From assembly GCA_902766095.1 (NCBI GenBank), contig CACXCN010000043.1, positions 70 through 64,069 of the forward strand: 64,000 bases of DNA, read 5' to 3'. This DNA is from an uncultured Selenomonas sp. Its GTDB lineage: Bacteria; Bacillota; Negativicutes; Selenomonadales; Selenomonadaceae. Each line of letters begins with the position of its first letter. Positions within the stretch are counted from its first letter, which is position 1. Both the position numbers and the translations under genes were made by a program. The notes beneath the pieces were generated by a model. The model was given only the letters and a program-made list of their open reading frames with translations, had not been told where the DNA came from and searched no databases. This document shows positions 38,397 to 47,735 of this stretch, in pieces.

Positions 38397-38717
38397 TTAT
38401 ACCTGCATGCGGAAAATCTCCTGATAGGCTGATATCGCCCGGTTCCGGAGCTGAAGGGTTAGCTGGAGTGCTATATCGGCCTTCTGACTGGCCACGACGA
38501 CCTGGGACACATCATCAATCTTGCCAGCAGCGAACAGCGCATTCTCCTTATCGGCCTCGAGCTGGAGATCGTTCGTCTCCTTCAGGGCATCGGTGAGGTA
38601 ATCGCCAAACGACTTGGCCGGCTCAGCGGCTTTCGTCTCTCCCAGATGACTTTCAGCGCTCATCTGCACTTGTCTGACTGGCGTCATCTGCAGTGGTTCT
38701 ATCGGTGCTATCTCCAT
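38397..38717 (-). CDS. fliE: Flagellar hook-basal body protein FliE
   Basis: C-terminal ...VVASQKADIALQLTLQLRNRAISAYQEIFRMQV. Start is either ATG at 38717 (6 nt after GGAGAG) or 38723. Confidence 0.85.
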   Translation of the reverse strand: MEIAPIEPLQMTPVRQVQMSAESHLGETKAAEPAKSFGDYLTDALKETNDLQLEADKENALFAAGKIDDVSQVVVASQKADIALQLTLQLRNRAISAYQEIFRMQV

Positions 38718-38772
38718 TTCCATCTCTCCTGTATCTGAAACGCGGTGCTTCACGCCCCGCATTTGTCATTCA

Positions 38773-39222
38773 TCATTTGCCGATATCGAGGGCCTTCGTC
38801 ACCATGGCCTTGGCAGCGTTGATGGTCGTCGTGTTCGCCTCGTAGGCGCGCGAGGCCGTAATCATATCCGTCATCTCAGCTACGATATTGACATTCGGAC
38901 GCTCGACATAGCCCTGGGCATTCGCATCGGGATTGCCGGGATCATATACGAGCGGTCCCTGCTCATTATCGGCCTCTATGCGCACGGCCCGGACACCATT
39001 GCCCGCTTTGAGCTTGTTGACCGAGCTCTCGAGGAAGCTCTCGAAGCCGAACTTTCCCTCCGCCTCACGCGGCTCGAATACGACGTAGCGGCGATGATAG
39101 GCGCCGCCTTCGCGTGTGCGCGTCGTATTGGCATTCGCTATATTGTTGCTGATGACGTCCATGCGCAGCCGCTCGGCCGTGAGTCCCGAAGCCGCTGCAT
39201 CTATCCCCATAAACATGCTCAT
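38773..39222 (-). CDS. flgC: Flagellar basal-body rod protein FlgC
   Basis: SNNIANANTTRT...; C-terminal YEANTTTINAAKAMVTKALDIG. Confidence 0.95.
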   Translation of the reverse strand: MSMFMGIDAAASGLTAERLRMDVISNNIANANTTRTREGGAYHRRYVVFEPREAEGKFGFESFLESSVNKLKAGNGVRAVRIEADNEQGPLVYDPGNPDANAQGYVERPNVNIVAEMTDMITASRAYEANTTTINAAKAMVTKALDIGK

Positions 39223-39253
39223 TTGTCTGTCTCCTTACCTGATCGGATCTCTA

Positions 39254-39673
39254 TCATTGGCCGCTGGAAATCGTATTCTTCATGCGCTGTATGTAGCCGT
39301 TCAGCTCGGTGGCCATGGTATTGTAGTACAGCTGGTTCTTCGCCAGATCCGCCATCTCGATATCCACATCGACATTGTTGTTGTCCACACGCATGGTCGT
39401 CGTATCGTCTTCCTCTATCTTCGGCTGGACCTTGTCAAAGGATGCCATCGGCAGATGCTTGTCGTGCGTGCGCACCATCTGCAGTCGATTGCCGTCATCG
39501 TCGAGTCCCAGCTCCTTTGCCAGCAGGTCCTCGAACTCCACACTGCTGCGCTTGAAGTTCGGCGTATTCACATTCGCGATATTGTTGCTGATGACCTCCT
39601 GACGCATCGTGGCAGCATGCAGGCTGCGCGCTGCGTACTCCATGGTCGGAGCATTCATTATCTGTTCCAGCAT
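39254..39673 (-). CDS. flgB: Flagellar basal-body rod protein FlgB
   Basis: SNNIANVNTPNFKR. ATG at 39673 after GGGAGA. Confidence 0.9.
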   Translation of the reverse strand: MLEQIMNAPTMEYAARSLHAATMRQEVISNNIANVNTPNFKRSSVEFEDLLAKELGLDDDGNRLQMVRTHDKHLPMASFDKVQPKIEEDDTTTMRVDNNNVDVDIEMADLAKNQLYYNTMATELNGYIQRMKNTISSGQ

Positions 39674-39807
39674 ACGGTATCTCCCTTCCCGGTCCATATC
39701 CCTTCGTTCGTATTTCCCATTGATCCTTTATATAATTGCAGGCATAAATATCCCTATATCCAGTTACCATATATTTCCATTCTACGCGGAAACAATATCT
39801 CCTGCAA

Positions 39808-39836
39808 ATTCTAGCATTTTTTTATACACTTGGAAA
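39808..39836 (-). promoter_or_regulatory. Candidate sigma-A promoter of the flgB operon
   Basis: TTTCCA, 17-nt spacer, TGcTAGAAT (extended -10), about 135 nt upstream of flgB. Confidence 0.3.
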
Positions 39837-40028
39837 GTAGACAAGCATAATTTTATATTGCAAAAGGTATTATTAGGACTAAAATCCTACATGAAACTCC
39901 AGATAAATTTGCCTGCCGCTTTCTTTTAATATATAATGATTGATATACCTCATAATCATTTTTTGCATGAATGCAGATTGCCGGAACGATCTGCAGACAG
40001 CAAAGCCATTGGATAAGGAGTGGTTCTA

Positions 40029-41507
40029 TTGTCATATGATATCGCCATCATCGATACCTTCGTGCTCTACATCGGAGTCATGATGGCCATCGGTGTCTAC
40101 TACTACCGCCGCACGCGCAATATGAGCGATTACTTCCTCGGCAACCGTGGACTGGGTGCCTGGGTGACATCGCTGAGCGCCGAGGCCTCGGATATGAGCG
40201 GCTGGATGCTCATGGGTGTGCCGGGCTACGCCTACTTTGCCGGTCTGAATGCGGGCTGGATCGCGGTAGGCATCGCCATCGGCACCTGGGCCAACTGGCA
40301 TTTCATCGCCAAGCGTCTGCGCCGCTATACCGAGCTGGCCGGCAACTCGCTGACGCTCCCGGAGTTCCTCGACAACCGCTTCGCGGATACGAGCGGCCTG
40401 CTGCGCATCGTCCCCGCCATATTCATCCTCATATTCTTTGTCATCTACACCTCATCCGGCTTCGTCTCGGCCGGCCGTCTGTTCGAGACCGTGTTCGGGC
40501 TGCCCTACGAGATAGCTATCTTCATCGGCGCTGGCTCGGTAGTATTCTACACGCTGGCCGGCGGTTTCCTGGCCGTGGCCCGCACCGACTTCATCCAGGG
40601 CATCATGATGTTCTTTGCCATACTGGTGGTCCCGATAACTACCGCTATGACGATGGGCGGCTTTGGTGAGGTAGTCAGCGCGCTCGAGAACATACAGCCG
40701 ACGATGCTCGAGCCGCTCCTAAAGCCGGACGGCTCCACCATGAGCATCATCGAGCTCGTATCACTGCTGGCCTGGGGCATCGGCTATTTCGGCCAGCCGC
40801 ACATACTCGTGCGCTTCATGGCCATCCGCACGACAAAGGAAATCCCCCGCGCGACGCATATCGCGATGGTCTGGCTCGTGCTGTCGCTGTCGGCCTCCGT
40901 CGGCATCGGCCTCGTCGGGCGCGCTTTCCTCACGACACCGCTCGAGGGCACGGCCAGTGAGACCGTATTCCTCGTACTCACGCATGATCTGTTCCCGCCC
41001 ATCATAGCCGGACTTATCCTGTCAGCCGTACTGGCCGCTATCATGAGCACGGCCTCATCGCAGCTGCTCGTCGCGGCCTCGGCCTTTGCCCAGGACTTCT
41101 ACCGCACGCTCATCCGCAAGGATGCCACCGAGGTCGAGCTCATCTGGATCAGCCGCGCGAGCGTCCTCGTCATCGCCAGCCTGGCCGTGCTGCTCGGTTT
41201 CAATCCGAACAGCTTCATCCTTGACATGGTATCGTACGCCTGGGCCGGTTTCGGTGCCGCCTTCGGCCCCGCCATCATCATGAGCCTGTTCTGGCGCCGC
41301 ACGACGCGCAATGGCGTCGTCGCCGGCATCATCGTCGGCGGCCTGACCGTGCTCATCTGGAAGCAGTTCGCCCTGTTCGGCCTCTACGAGATCGTACCGG
41401 GCTTCGTATTCAGCCTGCTGGCTATCTATATTGTCAGCCGTCTCGACCACGAACCTGCGAAGGAAATATACGACACCTTCGATGCTGTCGGCCGCAGCCA
41501 GATCTGA
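40029..41507 (+). CDS. putP: Sodium/proline symporter
   Basis: SSF-family motifs FLGNRGLGAWVTSLSAEASDMSGWMLMGVPG. TTG at 40029 lies 8 nt after AAGGAG. Confidence 0.9.
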   Translation: MSYDIAIIDTFVLYIGVMMAIGVYYYRRTRNMSDYFLGNRGLGAWVTSLSAEASDMSGWMLMGVPGYAYFAGLNAGWIAVGIAIGTWANWHFIAKRLRRYTELAGNSLTLPEFLDNRFADTSGLLRIVPAIFILIFFVIYTSSGFVSAGRLFETVFGLPYEIAIFIGAGSVVFYTLAGGFLAVARTDFIQGIMMFFAILVVPITTAMTMGGFGEVVSALENIQPTMLEPLLKPDGSTMSIIELVSLLAWGIGYFGQPHILVRFMAIRTTKEIPRATHIAMVWLVLSLSASVGIGLVGRAFLTTPLEGTASETVFLVLTHDLFPPIIAGLILSAVLAAIMSTASSQLLVAASAFAQDFYRTLIRKDATEVELIWISRASVLVIASLAVLLGFNPNSFILDMVSYAWAGFGAAFGPAIIMSLFWRRTTRNGVVAGIIVGGLTVLIWKQFALFGLYEIVPGFVFSLLAIYIVSRLDHEPAKEIYDTFDAVGRSQI

Positions 41508-41583
41508 TCAACTGGCTAGCTGCTCCTTGCATTACGACTGGATTTTACCATACGTATCTGTGTTTTCGCTAATAACAGTAAAA

Positions 41584-41621
41584 ATAGCTGGATATTGTCC
41601 GAAAAGGCAATATCCAGCTAT
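41584..41621. terminator. Bidirectional terminator between the convergent putP and lpxL-like genes
   Basis: ATAGCTGGATATTG - 10-nt loop - CAATATCCAGCTAT, flanked by an A-run and a T-rich tail. Confidence 0.8.
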
Positions 41622-41665
41622 TTCTATATACTCTATGGACTTTTCCGCACGACTCCTGCCGCCGC

Positions 41666-42550
41666 TCATTCATGATGATGCGCGGCTTCCTCGCGCATGG
41701 ACTTCCAGCGGTCATGGAGCCAGAACCATTCCTCCGGATAGAGGCGGATGTGTTTCTCAATCGCGGTCGTCAGCAGCTGCGTCGTCCGCTTGATATCGGC
41801 CTTCTTATCCTTCGTCTTCTCGACATAGTAGGGTCCGTCGACGACGAGCGTATGATGACCGTGCTCATCGCGATGCATGAACGCGGTGAATATCGGCACA
41901 CCATCGAACCGCGCCATCGAGGCAGCCCCTACCGCCGCCCGCGTGGGCTGGCCGAAGAAATCGACGACGACGCCATCGCGGATGCTCGAGTCCTGGTCCA
42001 TGATGAGACCGATGGCCCAGCCCTCTTTCAGCATGCGGAACATCTCGCGCACGCCCGTCTTGTACGTGATATGCATACCGATGAGCTCGCGCTGCTCGAA
42101 TATCCAGCGATTGGCACCGAGCGATTTCTGCTTCTGCGCTACGCCGACGAGCGGTATGCCTGCCTGCGCGAACGCCCCGCCCGTGAGTTCCCAGTTGCCG
42201 GAATGAGCGGCAGCGATGATGCAGCCCTTACCGGCCGCCAGCCCCTGGCGCAGCTTATCGAGGCCCACGAAGGTGATATATTCATCGATATGCTTCTTGA
42301 TAACCGGGAAGCGCAGTACCTCCATGATCATCGGGCCGAAACGCACCGCTGCCGCGCGCGAGATGCGCTCCGCCTCCGCGTCATCGACGCCGAGGCACCG
42401 CACGATCTGATCGTGTGACAGCTTCTTGCGCTTCGCCGGCACGAGCGGCCAGGCCAGCGCTCCAAGTGCACGTCCGCATGCCTCAGCCATACCACGCGGC
42501 ATCAGACAGGCCAGAGCACTCAGTATTTTCAGTATGCCGTAGGATACCAT
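41666..42550 (-). CDS. Lipid A late acyltransferase-like protein (LpxL/HtrB lysophospholipid acyltransferase family)
   Basis: N-terminal anchor, AAHSGNWEL (HX4D-type motif region) and ...GLIMDQD. ATG at 42550 lies 7 nt after GGAAGG. Confidence 0.75.
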   Translation of the reverse strand: MVSYGILKILSALACLMPRGMAEACGRALGALAWPLVPAKRKKLSHDQIVRCLGVDDAEAERISRAAAVRFGPMIMEVLRFPVIKKHIDEYITFVGLDKLRQGLAAGKGCIIAAAHSGNWELTGGAFAQAGIPLVGVAQKQKSLGANRWIFEQRELIGMHITYKTGVREMFRMLKEGWAIGLIMDQDSSIRDGVVVDFFGQPTRAAVGAASMARFDGVPIFTAFMHRDEHGHHTLVVDGPYYVEKTKDKKADIKRTTQLLTTAIEKHIRLYPEEWFWLHDRWKSMREEAAHHHE

Positions 42551-42574
42551 GTACACACCTTCCTAAAATAATAA

Positions 42575-42890
42575 GCCTTCCCCCTGAGGGGAAGACTCCG
42601 TGCTGCAGCCTGCTCCTCAGGGGGAAGGGGCGTAATACAAGCTGCCCCCCTTGGGGGAAGTGCCGAGCGTAGCGAGGCGATAGGGGTGGCGAGGCGCTAT
42701 GTAGCGTTCGTTAACACATTGATTGTCCGGCTGCTTAGGCTATTTGTTAGTGGGCCGTTTATGCGATAGTACCCGAGTAAGCTTACTAACTCGCCACCCC
42801 CACCACCGCTAGCGCGGTCCTCCTCCCCCAAAGGGGGATGCTTCACTTATCGCCAAGCCTCATCATTCACTGCTAACGCATTCTCCCCCG
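42575..42890 (+). repeat. Intergenic ~300-bp composite palindromic element, copy C
   Basis: Begins GCCTTCCCCCTGAGGGGAAG. Shares CGTAATACAAGCTGCCCCCCTTGGGGGAAGTGCCGAGCGTAGCGAGGCGATAGGGGTGGCGAGGCG and CTCGCCACCCCCACCACCGCTAGCGCGGTCCTCCTCCCCCAAAGGGGGATGCTTCAC with copies A and B. Confidence 0.85.
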
Positions 42891-42898
42891 GCACAGGC

Positions 42899-43921
42899 TT
42901 ATTTGCTCATCTTATCCAATTCCTTGCGCAGGGCCTTGACCTCCTTGCGGAGCTCGGGCAGGTGCTTCATTGCGGCCTGCATGCGCAGCCACTCCGTATG
43001 CGACTGCACCGGGAAGCCCGCGCAGAACACACCCTCCGGCATATCGCCGATGATACCGGAGCGCGCCGCATAGACGGAATTCGCGCCGATATTGATATGG
43101 CCGACCGTGCCGACCTGGCCGCCGAACGTCACATTGTGGCCGACATTCGTCGAGCCCGATATGCCCGTCTGCGCCACGATGAGGCAGTTCGGACCGATCT
43201 GGCAGTTGTGTCCGATATGCACGAGGTTGTCGATCTTCGTGCCGTGTCCGATGCGCGTCGAGCCCATCGCTGCCCGGTCTATGCCGTCGTGGGCTCCGAT
43301 TTCGACATCATCCTCGATCACAACATTGCCGACCTGCGGCACCTTCGTATGGACACCATCCTTCGTCGTGAAGCCGAAGCCATCCGAACCGATGACCGCC
43401 GAGCTCTGGATGATGCAGCGCCGGCCAACATGGCAATGCTCGCGCACCGTCACATTCGAGTATATGACTGTGTCATCACCGACCTCGGCGTATTGTCCGA
43501 TATAGGTGTGCGGATAAAGCGTCACGCGGTCGCCGATGACGGCATGGTCATCGACCACGGCAAACGGCATGATCACTACATCCTTGCCGATTTTGACATC
43601 CTGACCGATATGGGCCTGCGGGCTGACCCCCTGCGGGAAAACGAGTTTCGGTGTAAACAGTTCGAGCAGCTTCGCGAAAGCGGCCCGCGGCTCATCGACA
43701 TAAAGTACTGGCTGCGTAAAGCCTTCTATACCCTCAGGCAGCATGATGGCCGCCGCCTTCGTTCCCTTGGCTTCCTCGAAATGCGGCTCGACGGCAAACG
43801 TCAGATCGTGGGCCGTGGCGCCCTCGAGATTATTGAGTCCCGCTATCTCCAGACCGGCATCAGCCGCATCGGCCAGATGTCCTCCTACATACGCCGCAAG
43901 TTCGCCCAGAGTCTTTTTCAT
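42899..43921 (-). CDS. lpxD: UDP-3-O-acylglucosamine N-acyltransferase
   Basis: 340 aa. N-terminal LpxD domain, a long left-handed beta-helix of hexapeptide repeats, and a C-terminal helix. Confidence 0.93.
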   Translation of the reverse strand: MKKTLGELAAYVGGHLADAADAGLEIAGLNNLEGATAHDLTFAVEPHFEEAKGTKAAAIMLPEGIEGFTQPVLYVDEPRAAFAKLLELFTPKLVFPQGVSPQAHIGQDVKIGKDVVIMPFAVVDDHAVIGDRVTLYPHTYIGQYAEVGDDTVIYSNVTVREHCHVGRRCIIQSSAVIGSDGFGFTTKDGVHTKVPQVGNVVIEDDVEIGAHDGIDRAAMGSTRIGHGTKIDNLVHIGHNCQIGPNCLIVAQTGISGSTNVGHNVTFGGQVGTVGHINIGANSVYAARSGIIGDMPEGVFCAGFPVQSHTEWLRMQAAMKHLPELRKEVKALRKELDKMSK

Positions 43922-44035
43922 GGTATTATCTCCATTCTATGCTGTGAAATCCCATCATTGCCGGCTGCAGCCGGCGGATGAGTCCGCTGCGTCCGCTTCA
44001 TGCCAGACTGACAGACTCTGCGCCTGCCGGATACA

Positions 44036-44473
44036 TTACTGCAGCTTCTGTATGGCGTCATCCGTCACATCGACGCAGCCCGATATAGCGACCGGCTGCT
44101 GCACAGAGCTGTCGACCACGACATCGAGCTTCTTCTGCTTCGATATATCGGCCAGAGCCTCCTGCAGCTTGTTCTGGAGTTGCATGGAGTACGACTGGTT
44201 CAGACTGGCCATCTTGCGCTGGGCCTCCGTCTGGATCTTCTGCGCGTCCTCCTGGCTGATATTCGGATTCTCCTGCAACTTGTTCTCGGCCTCGGTCTGG
44301 GCGTCCTGCATCTTGCGGTTGCCTTCATCGACCAGAGCCTTGATCTGCGGTGCCTCTTTGACAACGCGGTCACCATCGACATAACCGACCTTCACCTGGC
44401 CGCAGCCGCTCATGAGCAGTGTGGCTCCCAGGGATGCCAGCAATACAGCTGCAGATTTCTTGCTAAATTTCAT
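44036..44473 (-). CDS. Skp/OmpH-family periplasmic chaperone, lipoprotein form
   Basis: Lipobox LLMSGC. VGYVDGDRVVKEAPQ...coiled arm...KKLDVVVD...VDVTDDAIQKL. Confidence 0.75.
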   Translation of the reverse strand: MKFSKKSAAVLLASLGATLLMSGCGQVKVGYVDGDRVVKEAPQIKALVDEGNRKMQDAQTEAENKLQENPNISQEDAQKIQTEAQRKMASLNQSYSMQLQNKLQEALADISKQKKLDVVVDSSVQQPVAISGCVDVTDDAIQKLQ

Positions 44474-44506
44474 TTCCTAAACAGCTTCCTTCTTTTCTCA
44501 TATTCA

Positions 44507-45658
44507 TCAATCATCTGGCTGGAGAGTCTGCATCTCAGCAACCAGTTCATCAGTGACATCTATTGTATCGATACCTATGGCTGTATCGAGCGAAGCCGGC
44601 GGCATAAGCTGGACCGGCATATAGGCAGTAGTATCCGCGGGCAGCAGATGCAGGAGATCCTTCTGTTCATTGGCCATGATGATGGTCAGATGATGAATGA
44701 TCGCGACCTTGGCCGCGCGCCCGGATATGTCATTGTAGATCTTGGCCTCGAGCGCCTGCAGCTCATTCTGCTTCGTCTGGAGCTCCTGCCGCTTCTCGAG
44801 GCGCTCCTGCACGGACTGTGCCACCTGCAGCTGCTGCTCCATGGCCGCGCTGTCGCGCGACTGGGCCTCAGACTGCTTGCGCGCCGCCTCGGACTCCTGC
44901 TGCGCCTGCAGCTGCGGCAGCTGAGCCTGCCAGCTGGCGAGCTCCGGTCCGATCTGCCGCTGCACATAATCCGCTATATCCTGCAGACGTTCCTCTTCGA
45001 GCGCCCTTATGGCCTTGCCACGCTCTCTCTGGATATCATCGCGTTCCTGTTCCCAATCCGCCAGCTCCTGTGCCATCGCCGCCTTGTCATCGCGGAAATT
45101 ATGCATAGACTTCTGATTGTCTATCTTGAGATTCAGGTTGACGATCTCATTCTGATACTGAGCCTCTATGGCCTCGCGACGGGCCTCGTACTCAGGCTCT
45201 ATGGCTTTGGCATAGTCCTGCTTCAGCTTGCGCTCGCGGCGCTCAAGCTCTGCGCGCTTGCCGATGACCTCATGGGCGTTCTTCTGCCAGACCGAGTCAT
45301 CAAACGGCTGGCTGTCGACCTCGGGCGACTGCACGGACATGATATCGGACACATCGCCGGTCTCGAGCTCGAGACGGTGGCATTCCTGCCGCAGGTCTTG
45401 CAGCTTGTCATAGTCAGGGTGCGCCTGCAGCACTCTCTCCATATCGATAAGTCCTGCCTCGGCCGATGCCGCCGGTGTGGCGGTCTGGGGCTTCGGGGCT
45501 GTAGCTCTATAGAGTACATACCCACCCAGGAGTACGAGGCCGAGACAGCAGACAAGGCCCACGAGCACCTCGCGCCGATGTCCGCGCCAGAGGTCAGAAA
45601 TATGCAGCTCGCGCTCCTCTGCCGGAGCTTTCTTGTCGTCAGTATCCTTGTCTGCCAT
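44507..45658 (-). CDS. Elongated, membrane-anchored Skp/OmpH-like coiled-coil protein
   Basis: N-terminal TM segment (VLVGLVCCLGLVLLGGYVL). Skp-like ends (GLIDMERVLQAHPDY... and ...AAKVAIIHHLTIIMAN...IDVTDELVAEM) are separated by about 250 aa of heptad-rich, charged sequence. Confidence 0.55.
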   Translation of the reverse strand: MADKDTDDKKAPAEERELHISDLWRGHRREVLVGLVCCLGLVLLGGYVLYRATAPKPQTATPAASAEAGLIDMERVLQAHPDYDKLQDLRQECHRLELETGDVSDIMSVQSPEVDSQPFDDSVWQKNAHEVIGKRAELERRERKLKQDYAKAIEPEYEARREAIEAQYQNEIVNLNLKIDNQKSMHNFRDDKAAMAQELADWEQERDDIQRERGKAIRALEEERLQDIADYVQRQIGPELASWQAQLPQLQAQQESEAARKQSEAQSRDSAAMEQQLQVAQSVQERLEKRQELQTKQNELQALEAKIYNDISGRAAKVAIIHHLTIIMANEQKDLLHLLPADTTAYMPVQLMPPASLDTAIGIDTIDVTDELVAEMQTLQPDD

Positions 45659-45780
45659 ACCGCTGCCCCCTTTGCGCCCTTACGCGCAAATACCGAGCGC
45701 AATATAACGTTATTATATCGGCTCGGTACTTGTAACTCTATGACCACAGGGGAGCCACCCTAAAGGGGACCCTATGAGAC

Positions 45781-46248
45781 TTATTTCGAGATTTTCTTTA
45801 TGACGTCCTGAGTGATATCCTGGCCGCCATAGACGACAGCGCTCTTCTCGATGACGACGGACAGGCCCTTGGCCTCAGCGACGCTCTTCACGGCATCCTC
45901 GATGCTCTTCTGAATCGGCTCCATGAGCTCCTGATTCTTCTGCTGGAGGCGCTGCTGCGTCTGCTGATAGTAGTCGTTCTTCTCCTTGTCGTTCATGTTC
46001 TGCGACTTGGACTCGAACTCTTTCTGGGCATCCTGTACAGCCTGCTGCATCTCGTTGTTAGCACTCTGGAGCTGCGGGCTCTGGCTGGCTACCTGGCGGT
46101 AGTCGACCACGCCGACATTCGAGCTGCCGGCTGCACTCGCGATGCCGGAGCCGGACTGCGTCAGGGCCAGAGCCACGACGGAGCCTACGAATACTAAAGC
46201 AATGAGAATGCTGATAATCTTGACCTGCTTCTTCTCTAATTTGACCAT
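45781..46248 (-). CDS. Skp/OmpH-family periplasmic chaperone
   Basis: Signal peptide. VGVVDYRQVASQSPQ...coiled arm...AKGLSVVIEKSAVVYGGQDITQDVIKK. The start at ATG 46248 is tentative. Confidence 0.8.
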   Translation of the reverse strand: MVKLEKKQVKIISILIALVFVGSVVALALTQSGSGIASAAGSSNVGVVDYRQVASQSPQLQSANNEMQQAVQDAQKEFESKSQNMNDKEKNDYYQQTQQRLQQKNQELMEPIQKSIEDAVKSVAEAKGLSVVIEKSAVVYGGQDITQDVIKKISK

Positions 46249-46396
46249 TTTCTGTGTTACTCCTTTTCCCATGAAGGTAATTAAAAAGTCCAAATATATG
46301 ACAGGCCTCGAAGGCCATGCACACGCTACATTATATCAAAATCTATTTTCTTATTCAAGCACTTTGCCAGGTAAATTCCGTCCTGTCACTGAGATA

Positions 46397-47734
46397 TCAG
46401 AAAAATCCCAGTATCCGCATCCAGCCTTGCTCCCGGTCACGTACATACTCGATGCCGAGGAAATCATGCGGCCGGTAAAGCAGGCCGAACTCTCCCAGAT
46501 GATCGGCACGGCGGTACTCGTACCGCAGCGACCAGTGCGGAGCCAGCATATGACGAAAACCATATATGAAGCGTTTGTCGCGCATATCATAGCGCAGATG
46601 CAGCCAGTCCCAGTGATCCAGCTGATGCTGAACCCCCAGCTGCCAGTCCCAGTCCGGCTCCTGCGGCATGAAATCAAGCAGGGCGAACAGCTCATCCTGC
46701 TGGCTCAGCATGACACCGCTCTCGACCCGCATTGTCAGATTATCGTCCGAATCATAGCTGTGGCCGCTGTTGCGTCCCATATCCATCCACCCCGTCAGGC
46801 GCAGACGGAACCGCGTCGTATCGGAACGACTCATGACATGCAGATTCTCGCTCGGCGTTATATCCACCCGGGTCTGCATATGGAAATTGCGGAAATCCTT
46901 CTTCCGGTCCAGGCCATCGGCAAACTGACGCTCGAATATCTCCTGATGACGCTTTACAAAAGCTACCGGCACACCGACCAGATCATTCACCTGATCCTGC
47001 ATATCTTCCCGATAGGCCAGCAGGGCCATATTCGGTACGGTGTCCGAGCGCATGGACAAATCTATGGTGCGCACGACTGGCAGCCGCGGATAGACCGTGA
47101 GCTTTACATGTGCCTGGACATCAGGGTCGAGCTCGAAATCTGCCCGGAACTCCGGCAGATGCTGCTGCATATAGTCGTCGAGATGATGCTTGAGCACGCC
47201 ATTCGTCCAGTCGCTGGCTGCCACAGGCAGACCGATGAGCGCCTCGTCGAACACGGTCTCGACCTGGGCCAGGTCACTGCGCACCAGCGCCTCGACGCGG
47301 GGCGGCATCCCCTCGACGGAGGTGTCCACCCGCACGGAGCTGATGACATCCGACCAGGGCTGGAGGTTCACCCGGACTACGGTCGCCGGCCCCGGATCTA
47401 TGGAGACAGCGGTCACGCTGTAGCCGACGAGGACCTTGTCAAAGACCTCTCGTATCGTCTGCGCTTCGCGTCCGTTCGGCGCGATATCGGCTACGGGTCG
47501 TCCCTCGAGCAGCTGGCCCGCTATGGCCGCTACGCTGTCACGCATGCGGGCCGCTACGAGCGGCGGCAGACTGCCAGAGGACGCGACCTCGGCCTGCACA
47601 CTGTCGATCCGCGCCGCCGCTGCAGCTGTCGGTACGGCAGTCAACGGTACCGGCAGCGATGTGCTGCCCAGGCCCAGGACAATAGCAGCGATACACAGCC
47701 TGAGCCTCCCGCTGCAGCCTTGTCTGCTAGTCAT
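46397..47734 (-). CDS. Uncharacterised secreted protein with an OMP-like C-terminus, translationally coupled to bamA
   Basis: ATG at 47734 lies 1 nt after the bamA TGA. Signal-peptide-like N-terminus. The C-terminal ~130 aa alternate hydrophobic and polar residues (WSLRYEYRR, GEFGLLYRP, LGIEYVRD) and end ...GWMRILGFF. Confidence 0.6.
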   Translation of the reverse strand: MTSRQGCSGRLRLCIAAIVLGLGSTSLPVPLTAVPTAAAAARIDSVQAEVASSGSLPPLVAARMRDSVAAIAGQLLEGRPVADIAPNGREAQTIREVFDKVLVGYSVTAVSIDPGPATVVRVNLQPWSDVISSVRVDTSVEGMPPRVEALVRSDLAQVETVFDEALIGLPVAASDWTNGVLKHHLDDYMQQHLPEFRADFELDPDVQAHVKLTVYPRLPVVRTIDLSMRSDTVPNMALLAYREDMQDQVNDLVGVPVAFVKRHQEIFERQFADGLDRKKDFRNFHMQTRVDITPSENLHVMSRSDTTRFRLRLTGWMDMGRNSGHSYDSDDNLTMRVESGVMLSQQDELFALLDFMPQEPDWDWQLGVQHQLDHWDWLHLRYDMRDKRFIYGFRHMLAPHWSLRYEYRRADHLGEFGLLYRPHDFLGIEYVRDREQGWMRILGFF

Positions 47735-47735
47735 A

